The notes below the pieces were generated by a model, which worked only from the letters and a program-made list of their open reading frames with translations, was not told the origin of the DNA and ran no database searches. A program made the translations under genes and the position numbers. A stretch of DNA of 32,000 bases from Nitrosopumilaceae archaeon (GTDB lineage: Archaea > Thermoproteota > Nitrososphaeria > Nitrososphaerales > Nitrosopumilaceae): positions 427,628 through 459,627 of the forward strand of contig OZ242376.1 in NCBI GenBank assembly GCA_965209085.1, given 5' to 3'. How positions within the stretch are numbered: the stretch's first letter is position 1; each line of letters starts with the position of its first letter. Positions 21,408 through 29,974 of the stretch are shown here, piece by piece.

Positions 21408-21665
21408 ACATACGTTGAGAATTTAACTCAAATTGACGCATATGCGATAAGATTGAATCAATTTACAATTTGTATGTACGTAGTTGCATAACCTGTCTAA
21501 ACTGCACAGAACCTGCAATAATACTATGGCAAATCTTAGGTCTTTTTCATGATTTCCAACTTGCTGTTAATTTAGAGAGGTTTTTATTCAATTATGGATG
21601 TGGTGAATGTTATATTCACAGACGTCATACATGCGTAAAACATCCGTTTTCCGTACCTCCCTAAC

Positions 21666-23054
21666 TTGACAGAAAAGATCCCTGATTTAACAACAGGTTC
21701 GAACCAAGCAAAAAGACCTAAGATTTACCAGAGTGCAATAACAACAGTTTTAAACACATGTTTAATTGATTCTATCGTGAACAAAGTAATTATTCCAATT
21801 ATTATTATAGTAACAATAGCAATTGCAGCCGTACTGTATACACAAATGGGTTCCATTATGATGCAAGATTCGGACACTGTGATGGATTCTCAAATGACCG
21901 ATATGGCAGAAACGCCGTCGCTTTCCGGAGCTGTGAAAATAGGAATAATGTTGCCGCTAACTGGAGATCTCTCATCACACGGTGAAGAAAATCTGCTGGG
22001 AACAACATTTGGAATTGAAAATTTCAACAAATATCTCAAAGATGCCGGTGAAGACTGGTATTTGGAAGCTGTCATAGAAGACACTGCCACAAATCCCGTC
22101 CAAGCACTTGAAAAAATACAAAACCTTCGGGCAAAGAATATCGAACTCGTGGTAGGGCCTGAATCTAGCAGTTCAACTAGTTCCGTGCTTCAATATGCTG
22201 ATAGCAACAACATGATACTATTTAGCTGCTGCTCTACCTCTCCGGCACTTGCAATCCCAGGTGATAATGTATTCAGATTGGTTCCAGACGACAGACAACA
22301 GGGCAAGGCATTGGCGGCTCTGCTGAAAAACGAAGGAATTAAAAACCTGATCACGATATGGAGGGGCGACACGTACGGTGACGGTCTTGCAGAAAACTTG
22401 GAAAAATCTTTCATTGAAACAGGAGGTGCCGTATCTGATGGCATACGATATAATCCGGAAACTCCGGACTTTTCGGTTAGTGCATCAATACTATCTGATC
22501 TAGTATCCACGTTGGTTGACGAACACGGTTCTAGCACATCTGCAATAGTAATTATAGGATTTGCCGAATCCGTACAATTCATCCAATCTGCCGCACAGCA
22601 CGAAGTGTTGGACGATGTCAGATGGTTCGGATCTGATTCTTTGGCAAATGAGATAAAACTAGTGCAGGATCCGATCACATTGGAATTTGTCCAAACTGTA
22701 AATTTTACTGCGATATCGCCCGGATTTGCATCAACTCCGGCATCTGAAAACGTCAAAACCATGGTATTTGACACGCTAGGCAGGTATCCTACCACGTTTG
22801 TAGAAACCTCGTATGACATTCCATGGATTTACGGATTGGCTATATTGGATGCACAAAGCGACAGATATGCTGACATTAAACCAATTCTGCCACAAATTGC
22901 ATCCGAATACGAGGGGGCAATAGGGGCAATCCAATTAAATGAAAACGGAGATTTGGAATCGTCTGATTATTCCTTGTATGAAATTATTGGTGAAGACTGG
23001 ATTGTCATCGGAAACTATTTTAGAAACGGCACTATAATTTTCAACAATCAATGA
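21666..23054 (+). CDS. Membrane-anchored type-I periplasmic-binding-protein (LivJ/LivK-like, Peripla_BP_6-like) solute-binding protein
   Basis: N-terminal TM helix IIPIIIIVTIAIAAVLY, then VKIGIMLPLTGDLSSHGEE, VVGPESSSSTS, FRLVPDD. The start is ambiguous: TTG at 21666 or in-frame GTG at 21777. Confidence 0.8.
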   Translation: MTEKIPDLTTGSNQAKRPKIYQSAITTVLNTCLIDSIVNKVIIPIIIIVTIAIAAVLYTQMGSIMMQDSDTVMDSQMTDMAETPSLSGAVKIGIMLPLTGDLSSHGEENLLGTTFGIENFNKYLKDAGEDWYLEAVIEDTATNPVQALEKIQNLRAKNIELVVGPESSSSTSSVLQYADSNNMILFSCCSTSPALAIPGDNVFRLVPDDRQQGKALAALLKNEGIKNLITIWRGDTYGDGLAENLEKSFIETGGAVSDGIRYNPETPDFSVSASILSDLVSTLVDEHGSSTSAIVIIGFAESVQFIQSAAQHEVLDDVRWFGSDSLANEIKLVQDPITLEFVQTVNFTAISPGFASTPASENVKTMVFDTLGRYPTTFVETSYDIPWIYGLAILDAQSDRYADIKPILPQIASEYEGAIGAIQLNENGDLESSDYSLYEIIGEDWIVIGNYFRNGTIIFNNQ

Positions 23055-23482
23055 AATCTGAAAAACTATCCAAAATACTAGTACCTGTGGATAATTCTAA
23101 AAACTCTTGGCGCGTAATTGATCATGCGATTGTATTTGCAAAAACAACCGGAGCGGAAATTACAGTTCTTTGCGTAATACCCACCGTACAGGAATCAGAA
23201 TTCAAATCCTCCGCAACAGACAAAGAATCCGTGAAAATAGCCAAAGGTATTGTTGAACGTACGGTGGAATACGCTGCACGTAAAGGTGTTGCTTTCAAAA
23301 CCCTCACAGACCACGGACATGTAGGATACTGTATAATAAAATACGCCCATTCAAAGAGCAGAAAATTTGACATGCTGATAATAGGTTCACGTGGAAAAGG
23401 AAGAATTAGAAAAATGATATTTGGAAGTACGTCAAATTACGTCCTAAATGAATCGCGGATACCCGTAATGGTAATAAAATAA
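23051..23482 (+). CDS. Universal stress protein (UspA family)
   Basis: ILVPVDNS and GSRGKGRIRKMIFGSTSNYVLNESRIPVMVI. The ATGA start/stop overlap with the upstream gene suggests translational coupling. Confidence 0.85.
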   Translation: MKSEKLSKILVPVDNSKNSWRVIDHAIVFAKTTGAEITVLCVIPTVQESEFKSSATDKESVKIAKGIVERTVEYAARKGVAFKTLTDHGHVGYCIIKYAHSKSRKFDMLIIGSRGKGRIRKMIFGSTSNYVLNESRIPVMVIK

Positions 23483-23679
23483 GTAGAGCGTATGCATAAT
23501 GGGTCAAATTCACAATTTTTACGAATAAAAATGACCGATTTGAACGGTTATGCATACGGTTTAGTGGTTATAAACCGGGGTGGATTAAATTCACAATCAT
23601 CTAAAACAACTCGCTGCCAAAAAATATGAGATCACATCGTGTCTAGAATTTACCCAATAAATGAAAATGTGGGTACCAG

Positions 23680-26166
23680 ATGGCACAAAGTGCTAACATT
23701 GTACTTGGAAAAAAAAACAGTTTTAACACCACGCTAGTTACGCCTGATGTGAAAAAAATACAAATTGCAGTTTTGGCGGCCGTGATTATTACAGCATCTG
23801 CCATAGTGGGATCTTTTGCGTTTAATGGATCGGAAATTCTCCCAACATCTTTGGATGATAAAAAATCCGATCTTCGTGCGGTAAAAATCGGTATGATTCT
23901 TCCACTTACGGGTGATTTTTCATCGTACGGTTCTGAATCATTGGAGGCTGCCTTGTACGGGATTGACCAATTTAACAAATATCTTGAATCCACCGATCAG
24001 GATTGGTATTTGGATCCTGTCGTAGAAGATACGGCGACAAATCCAGTCCAGGCGCTTGAAAAAATACAAAACCTTCGGGCAAAAAACATCGAACTTGTAT
24101 TAGGTTATACCAGCGGTTCATTAAACGCAGTACAAAGTTATGCGAACAGCAACGGCATGATGGTTTTTAGCGCAGCATCTACTGCTCCATCGCTTGCGAT
24201 GCCGGATGATAATATATTCAGACTGACATCTGATGACAGACAGCAGGCAAAAGCGCTTGCATCTCTTTTAAAAAATCAGGGAATAAAAGTGGCAGTTACC
24301 GTATGGAGGGCAGATACGTACGGCGACGGTTTGAGTGAGAATTTCAAAACATCTTTTGCAAATGACGGCGGTATTGCAGACGAGGGTATGCGATACAACC
24401 AAGAATCATTGGAATTTTCAGTCGATGCGGACATACTGAATTCCCGTGTTATATCGCTGATAGATGAACATGGCGCAGACAATGTAGGAATAGTTTTTAT
24501 CGGATTTGCCGAAACAGTACAGTTTATGCAGTCTGCATCGCAGTATGATGCGTTAAAAAACATAAGATGGTTTGGTTCTGATTCCATCTCGCAGGAACAC
24601 AAGATAATCGACGATGCAATAGCTGGACAATTTGCCGAAGACATCTCCCTGACTACGACCATAGTGGGATTCCCATCAACGCCTACATCCGAGATGCTTG
24701 ATGCACATATGGTTGAAACACTGGGAAGAATTCCAACTACATTTGCAAAAACCGCATACGATATCATGTGGCTGTACGGTCTGGCAATATCCGAATCCGG
24801 TAGCGACAGATCCTCTGACGTGCTACCCATAATGCACAAGATTGCATCAGAATACTCTGGAGCGATAGGTCCGACAATCCTCAATGAAAACGGAGATTTG
24901 GCCTCTGGTGATTATACAATACATGCCGTATCTGACGGGGATTGGGTATACCGTGGCACGTATTATAGGAACGGTACAATTATTCTGGACGGTGATCAAA
25001 CAGAAATGGATGCGATTATGGCTACAAAGGGATTGCTTTCCGGTCCTGTAAAAATAGGACTACTCTCACCCATATCTGGATCACTGTCAGGATACGGTGA
25101 GGAAACCCGAGTTGGTTCAATATATGGTGCTGAAAAGTTCAACGAATATTTGAAATCTATCGACGAGGACTGGTACATGGAGATCATATCCGAAGACACT
25201 GCGACAAATCCGGTACAGGCACTTGAGAAAATCCAAATTTTGAATGCGAAAAATATCCAGCTTGTCATGGGTGCCACTACAAGCGCTTCTACAAGTAACA
25301 TCAGACAATACGTGGACAATAACGGAATGCTCTTGTTTGCATGCTGCTCATCGGCACCGTCTCTTGCAATATCTGGCGACAGCATATACCGACTTGCACC
25401 TGACGACAGAAATCAGGCAAAGGCGCTGGCTGCCATAATGAAAGACAGAGGTGTAGAGGCATACGTGCCAATATGGCGCGGCGATCCGTATGGGGATGGC
25501 ATAAACGACAACCTGGCAACATATTTTGAGAATGGCGGCCAGTTACAAGAAAAGGGCATACGGTACAGTCCTGAAATAAGGGATTTTTCAGTGAAATCAT
25601 CCGTACTGGCAGACCGAGTATCTGAATTGGTGGCAGAATACGGGGAAGACAAAGTCGCAGTGGTGCTTACCGGATTTGGAGAGTCATTACAGCTAGTCCA
25701 ATCTGCAAACTCTTACGAAATTTTGCGCAACGTGCAGTGGTTTGGAACAAACTCGCTTACCCATTCAAGCATATTTCAAAACGATCCGATAGCAACGGAT
25801 TTTGTCCAGGACGTAAACTTTACGGCATTGATTGTAAAACCCGAATCGACTAGTATTGGTGATGAGGTTACGCAACACGTTGTGGAAAAAATAGGCAGAA
25901 ATGCAAGCATGTTTGTTCTCTCCTCATATGATATATCCTGGATTTACGGTACGGCGATACTGCAAGCCCAGAGTGATAGGGCATCTGAGATTAAACCAAT
26001 TTTGGAACAGGTGGTATCTGAATACATCGGGGCATTGGGTACAATAAATCTGAACGAATACGGTGATATAGAATCCGCTGATTACGTAATATCTACAATA
26101 ATAGATGCAAACTGGGTGGATGTGGGGGTATACGGAATGGATGGAAACCTTGTATGGTATCCCTGA
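23680..26166 (+). CDS. Membrane-anchored protein with two tandem LivJ/LivK-like type-I binding-protein modules
   Basis: 828 aa with one N-terminal TM (IAVLAAVIITASAIVGSFAF). Module 1 starts at AVKIGMILPLTGDFSSYG and module 2 at PVKIGLLSPISGSLSGYG. Both are collinear with the protein encoded at 21666-23054. Confidence 0.85.
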   Translation: MAQSANIVLGKKNSFNTTLVTPDVKKIQIAVLAAVIITASAIVGSFAFNGSEILPTSLDDKKSDLRAVKIGMILPLTGDFSSYGSESLEAALYGIDQFNKYLESTDQDWYLDPVVEDTATNPVQALEKIQNLRAKNIELVLGYTSGSLNAVQSYANSNGMMVFSAASTAPSLAMPDDNIFRLTSDDRQQAKALASLLKNQGIKVAVTVWRADTYGDGLSENFKTSFANDGGIADEGMRYNQESLEFSVDADILNSRVISLIDEHGADNVGIVFIGFAETVQFMQSASQYDALKNIRWFGSDSISQEHKIIDDAIAGQFAEDISLTTTIVGFPSTPTSEMLDAHMVETLGRIPTTFAKTAYDIMWLYGLAISESGSDRSSDVLPIMHKIASEYSGAIGPTILNENGDLASGDYTIHAVSDGDWVYRGTYYRNGTIILDGDQTEMDAIMATKGLLSGPVKIGLLSPISGSLSGYGEETRVGSIYGAEKFNEYLKSIDEDWYMEIISEDTATNPVQALEKIQILNAKNIQLVMGATTSASTSNIRQYVDNNGMLLFACCSSAPSLAISGDSIYRLAPDDRNQAKALAAIMKDRGVEAYVPIWRGDPYGDGINDNLATYFENGGQLQEKGIRYSPEIRDFSVKSSVLADRVSELVAEYGEDKVAVVLTGFGESLQLVQSANSYEILRNVQWFGTNSLTHSSIFQNDPIATDFVQDVNFTALIVKPESTSIGDEVTQHVVEKIGRNASMFVLSSYDISWIYGTAILQAQSDRASEIKPILEQVVSEYIGALGTINLNEYGDIESADYVISTIIDANWVDVGVYGMDGNLVWYP

Positions 26167-26283
26167 TTGCCCGCACCGCCAAAATTATGACCCAGTTTGG
26201 CATTTTTGTGAATATATACACAGCCTGCCGCACCGTGTATTCTTAACACTTAAAATTACAGCAAATGCGAATTAGTGGGTAAT

Positions 26284-27966
26284 ATGGAAACAATGTCCGG
26301 ATCTGCAGCGCTAATGCGGTCGATGAAAAAAGAAGGCGTAAAACAAGTGTTTGGATTGCCAGGGGGGGCGAATCTGCCCATGTATGATGAACTGTTCAAA
26401 TCCGATATCCGGCACATACTGGTAAGGCACGAACAATCCGCCGCCCATATGGCAGATGGATTTGGCAGGGTAAGCCGCAAACCGGGAGTCTGCTTTGCAA
26501 CTTCAGGACCTGGTGCCACCAACATACTGACCGGCTTAGCAACGGCCCAGGCTGATTCTGCACCAATGGTGGCAGTGACAGGACAGGTTCCGGTAAAAAT
26601 GATTGGACGCGATGCATTTCAGGAAAGCGACATTATAGGAATGTCAAACCCGGTAGTAAAATATGCGTTTCAACCAAGAACACCTGAAGAAATACCGCTT
26701 GCTGTACGGCGCGGATTTTATATTGCTGAAACCGGACGGCCAGGTCCTGTTCTACTGGATATTCCAAAGGACGTGCAGCAAAATGAGGCACCCATGGAGT
26801 TTCCAGAAGAGTTTCAGATGAACGGATATAATCCGTGGACGGATCCGGATGTGGTGGGAATTGAACGCGCAGTGGATCTGCTTTTGTCTTCTGAAAAACC
26901 CATAATATTGGCCGGAGGTGGAACTATAATTTCTTCAGCATTTGCAGAACTACAGGCGGTTGCAGAGATGCTTGGCATGCCCGTTGTTACGACATTCAAA
27001 GGCAAGGGGGCGTTTCCAGAAAACCATCCGCTTTCCATGGGGCCTATAGGAATGCACGGACATGCAGAAGCCAATAAAATAATGACCGAAGCTGACTGTG
27101 TGTTGGCTGTGGGAACCCGATTTTCTGACCGTTCAGTGGGAACTGCGGAAGAATTTGAAAAACGCCTTAAAATCATACATGTGGATGTGGATCCAGCAGA
27201 AATAGGAAAAAATCAGACTGCCAACGTAGCTGTGGTTGGAGATGTACGCGCATCCTTGCGCATCATGCTCTCGATTTTGGCGAGAAAGGCAAAACGCGAA
27301 GATACTCTCTGGCGCAAACACGCGTATGAGCTAAAATCATACTGGAAGGACAATCTCAAAATACATCCCGGAGAGATGAGTGCAGCCCGCATACTGCGCA
27401 AACTGCGGGAAATTTTACCAAAAGAATCCATAGTGACTACCGAAGTGGGACAACATCAGATGTGGGCATCACTGTTCTTTGATGTGATACAACCTGGCAC
27501 ATTCTTTAGCTCTACGGGACTTGGAACCATGGGGTGGGGATTTCCTGCCGCCATAGGTGCCAAAGTGGCCAAACCTGACGTACCGGTGGTGGACATTGCC
27601 GGTGACGGAAGCTTTAACATGACTGAAAACTCGCTTGCCACCTCTGTACTAGAGGACATACCGGTGATTGTATTTTTGGTGAACAATTTCACACTTGGAA
27701 TGGTGGCGCAATGGCAGAGAACGTTCTATGATCGGAGGATGATTGGAGTTGATCAAAAACACTGTCCAGATTATGTAAAACTGGCCCAGTCATACGGGGC
27801 ACAGGGTACAAGGGTGCAGTCCCTTGACGAGCTTGGCTCTGCATTAAAAGAGGCCTTAAAGTGTGACGTGAGCACGGTGATAGACATTCCAATAGATCCA
27901 GAAGAGGATGTACTGCCGTTTGTGGCCCCTGGAACCCCGCTAAAGGACATGATCCTTCCCTCGTAG
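26284..27966 (+). CDS. ilvB: Acetolactate synthase (acetohydroxyacid synthase) large subunit
   Basis: ThDP enzyme: FGLPGGANLP, HEQSAAHMADGF, and ThDP-binding IAGDGSFNMT...VFLVNN. The start is ATG at 26284 or nearby (26275 GTG, 26293 ATG). Confidence 0.92.
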   Translation: METMSGSAALMRSMKKEGVKQVFGLPGGANLPMYDELFKSDIRHILVRHEQSAAHMADGFGRVSRKPGVCFATSGPGATNILTGLATAQADSAPMVAVTGQVPVKMIGRDAFQESDIIGMSNPVVKYAFQPRTPEEIPLAVRRGFYIAETGRPGPVLLDIPKDVQQNEAPMEFPEEFQMNGYNPWTDPDVVGIERAVDLLLSSEKPIILAGGGTIISSAFAELQAVAEMLGMPVVTTFKGKGAFPENHPLSMGPIGMHGHAEANKIMTEADCVLAVGTRFSDRSVGTAEEFEKRLKIIHVDVDPAEIGKNQTANVAVVGDVRASLRIMLSILARKAKREDTLWRKHAYELKSYWKDNLKIHPGEMSAARILRKLREILPKESIVTTEVGQHQMWASLFFDVIQPGTFFSSTGLGTMGWGFPAAIGAKVAKPDVPVVDIAGDGSFNMTENSLATSVLEDIPVIVFLVNNFTLGMVAQWQRTFYDRRMIGVDQKHCPDYVKLAQSYGAQGTRVQSLDELGSALKEALKCDVSTVIDIPIDPEEDVLPFVAPGTPLKDMILPS

Positions 27967-27977
27967 GTGTATGTGAA

Positions 27978-28469
27978 ATGTGGTCCATACTCTCATTGTT
28001 GGTTGAAAACAGACCCGGCGTGTTATTCAAAATTACAAACATGTTCCGCGCGCGCAACTTTAACATAGACAGCATATCTGTTGGAGTCACATCAAATCCG
28101 GAATTTTCCCGCATGACAATAACCACGTATGGGGATGAAAAACAGGCAAATCAAATACTAAAACAGCTGAATAAAATGATAGACGTGACAAAAGTGGAAT
28201 TACTTGACAAGCATCATGCAATATATCGGGAGCTGGTTCTCTTTAAAATTAAAATATCAACTTCAGAGGAGAGCAGAAAAATAAACGATCTTGCAAAAGC
28301 GTACGATGGAAAAATACACGCTGCGCGCAAAAACTCAATCATTGTGGAAATGACTGCAACACCGGATCAGATAAACGCCTTTGAAGATTTGGTAAAGCCG
28401 TTTGGAATACTGCAGACTGCCCGGACCGGAATATCTGCATTATTGCGCGATAATGGGGATAACTCTTGA
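27978..28469 (+). CDS. ilvN: Acetolactate synthase small (regulatory) subunit
   Basis: ACT domain LSLLVENRPGVLFKITNMFRARNFNIDSISVG. An AGGTG Shine-Dalgarno-like element lies about 10 nt upstream. Confidence 0.9.
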   Translation: MWSILSLLVENRPGVLFKITNMFRARNFNIDSISVGVTSNPEFSRMTITTYGDEKQANQILKQLNKMIDVTKVELLDKHHAIYRELVLFKIKISTSEESRKINDLAKAYDGKIHAARKNSIIVEMTATPDQINAFEDLVKPFGILQTARTGISALLRDNGDNS

Positions 28470-29974
28470 ACGTGCGCATATTTGACACCACGCTAAGGGA
28501 TGGCGAGCAAACCCCTGGAGTCTCGCTCTCACCGCAGCAAAAACTTGACATTGCACAAAAGCTTGACGATCTGGGCGTGGATGCAATAGAGGCCGGATTT
28601 CCTGTCATATCCAAAGGCGAGGCTAAGGCAATCAAAATGATATCCTGCGCCGGACTTGAAGCGCAGGTGTGCGGACTTGCCCGCGCAAACAGGGCCGATA
28701 TTGATGCAGTAGCTGATACTGGATTGCAATATGTGCATACGTTCATTGCCACATCTGACATTCATCTTGAATACAAACTTCACATGAGCCGCGATGATGC
28801 GCACGATAGGGCAGTTGATGCAGTAGAATATGCAAAATCGCGCGGAATGCAGGTTGAATTTTCAGCCGAGGATGCAACCCGGACTGATCGAGACTTTTTG
28901 CGCCGCATCTTTGTGGATGTGACCAAAGCCGGAGCTGACCGTCTGGACATACCTGATACTGTGGGATATTCAACGCCCCAGTACTTGGCCCAAATCGTAA
29001 GGGAGACAATTGATTCTACAAAACTTCCGGTCAGCGTACACTGCCACAACGATTTTGGACTTGCGGTGGCAAACGCCATATCCGGTGTGCAGGCGGGAGC
29101 CGAATGCGCGCACGTGACAATAAACGGAATCGGCGAGAGGGCCGGTAACACCTCGCTTGAGGAATTTACAATGGCGCTAAAATGCCTGAACTTTGAAAAA
29201 GAATGGAGCACGAATATAAAATCCGAAATGCTCTACGATATTTCGCGGTACGTATCCAAAATTTTTGGAATACCCGTGCAGCCAAACAAATCAATCGTGG
29301 GCGAGAATGCGTTCGGACACGAATCAGGAATACATACGCACGGGGTTTTGAATAATCCCCTCACATACGAGCCCATAAAACCCGAGCTTGTCGGACGACG
29401 GCGTTCGATGAAGGTTGGAAAACACGCAGGAATGCACGGCATGCTTGCAATACTGGCTGAATTTGGAATAAATCCGGACAAAAACGAATCTGAGGAAATC
29501 CTAAAGCACGTAAAACAGGTGGCCGATACGGGCAAAAAAATAACCGATGTCGAGCTGGCATCTGTTGCAATAAAACAAATGGGTGCTGAATCCTCACGCA
29601 AAACTGTAACCCTTGCCGGGCTGGAGGTATCAACCGGACTTGAAGCTGTACCCCGCGCAAAAGTAACACTTGAGATCGGAGGTCAGGAGCACACCGGCAA
29701 TGCCGAGGGCGTGGGACCGGTGGATGCGGCCCTTAATGCCATACAGAAAATAACCGGCGAGACATCAAAGGTGCGGATAACCAAATACAATCTTGATTCA
29801 ATTTCTGGCGGCTCTGGCGCAATGTGTGAGGTTACAGTAGAGGTCGAAGATGCCACATCGCATACAATATCTGCAAGGCACGTGGGAAAGGACATTGTCA
29901 CCACGAGCGTAGAGGCTGTCCTTGATGCCATAAACCTGATAATGCTCAAAAATACAAGGGATCTAAATGTATGA
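28466..29974 (+). CDS. leuA: 2-isopropylmalate synthase or (R)-citramalate synthase (LeuA/CimA family)
   Basis: FDTTLRDGEQ, HCHNDFGLAVANA, GIGERAGN, plus a C-terminal LeuA-dimer-type regulatory domain. The start is TTG at 28466 (TTGA overlap with the ilvN stop) or GVG-free alternative GTG at 28472. Confidence 0.88.
   Translation: MNVRIFDTTLRDGEQTPGVSLSPQQKLDIAQKLDDLGVDAIEAGFPVISKGEAKAIKMISCAGLEAQVCGLARANRADIDAVADTGLQYVHTFIATSDIHLEYKLHMSRDDAHDRAVDAVEYAKSRGMQVEFSAEDATRTDRDFLRRIFVDVTKAGADRLDIPDTVGYSTPQYLAQIVRETIDSTKLPVSVHCHNDFGLAVANAISGVQAGAECAHVTINGIGERAGNTSLEEFTMALKCLNFEKEWSTNIKSEMLYDISRYVSKIFGIPVQPNKSIVGENAFGHESGIHTHGVLNNPLTYEPIKPELVGRRRSMKVGKHAGMHGMLAILAEFGINPDKNESEEILKHVKQVADTGKKITDVELASVAIKQMGAESSRKTVTLAGLEVSTGLEAVPRAKVTLEIGGQEHTGNAEGVGPVDAALNAIQKITGETSKVRITKYNLDSISGGSGAMCEVTVEVEDATSHTISARHVGKDIVTTSVEAVLDAINLIMLKNTRDLNV

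Noticed and set aside
21470-21664. Cys-rich 64-aa ORF (CxxCxxC ... CxxC) upstream of the first PBP gene
   Set aside because: It requires a TTG start, has an irregular hydrophobic composition and no recognisable fold pattern, and sits in AT-rich promoter-like DNA. It is kept only as a remark under the long-intergenic finding.
21696-21705. GGTTCGAACC, resembling a tRNA T-arm (GGTTCGAAxCC)
   Set aside because: The flanks provide no acceptor, D or anticodon stems. It is a simple 10-bp palindrome within or just before the PBP coding region.
23709-23717. A9 homopolymer near the 5' end of the tandem-PBP gene, considered as a possible slippage or phase-variation site
   Set aside because: Runs of 8-9 A or T are frequent throughout this AT-rich window, including inside housekeeping genes (e.g. 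T9 at 13544-13552), so it is not distinctive.
22190-24884. Long minus-strand ORFs 22190-22819 (209 aa) and 24276-24884 (202 aa)
   Set aside because: They are antisense to the well-supported PBP genes. The same antisense frame is open in both paralogs because they share codon patterns, not because of independent coding.
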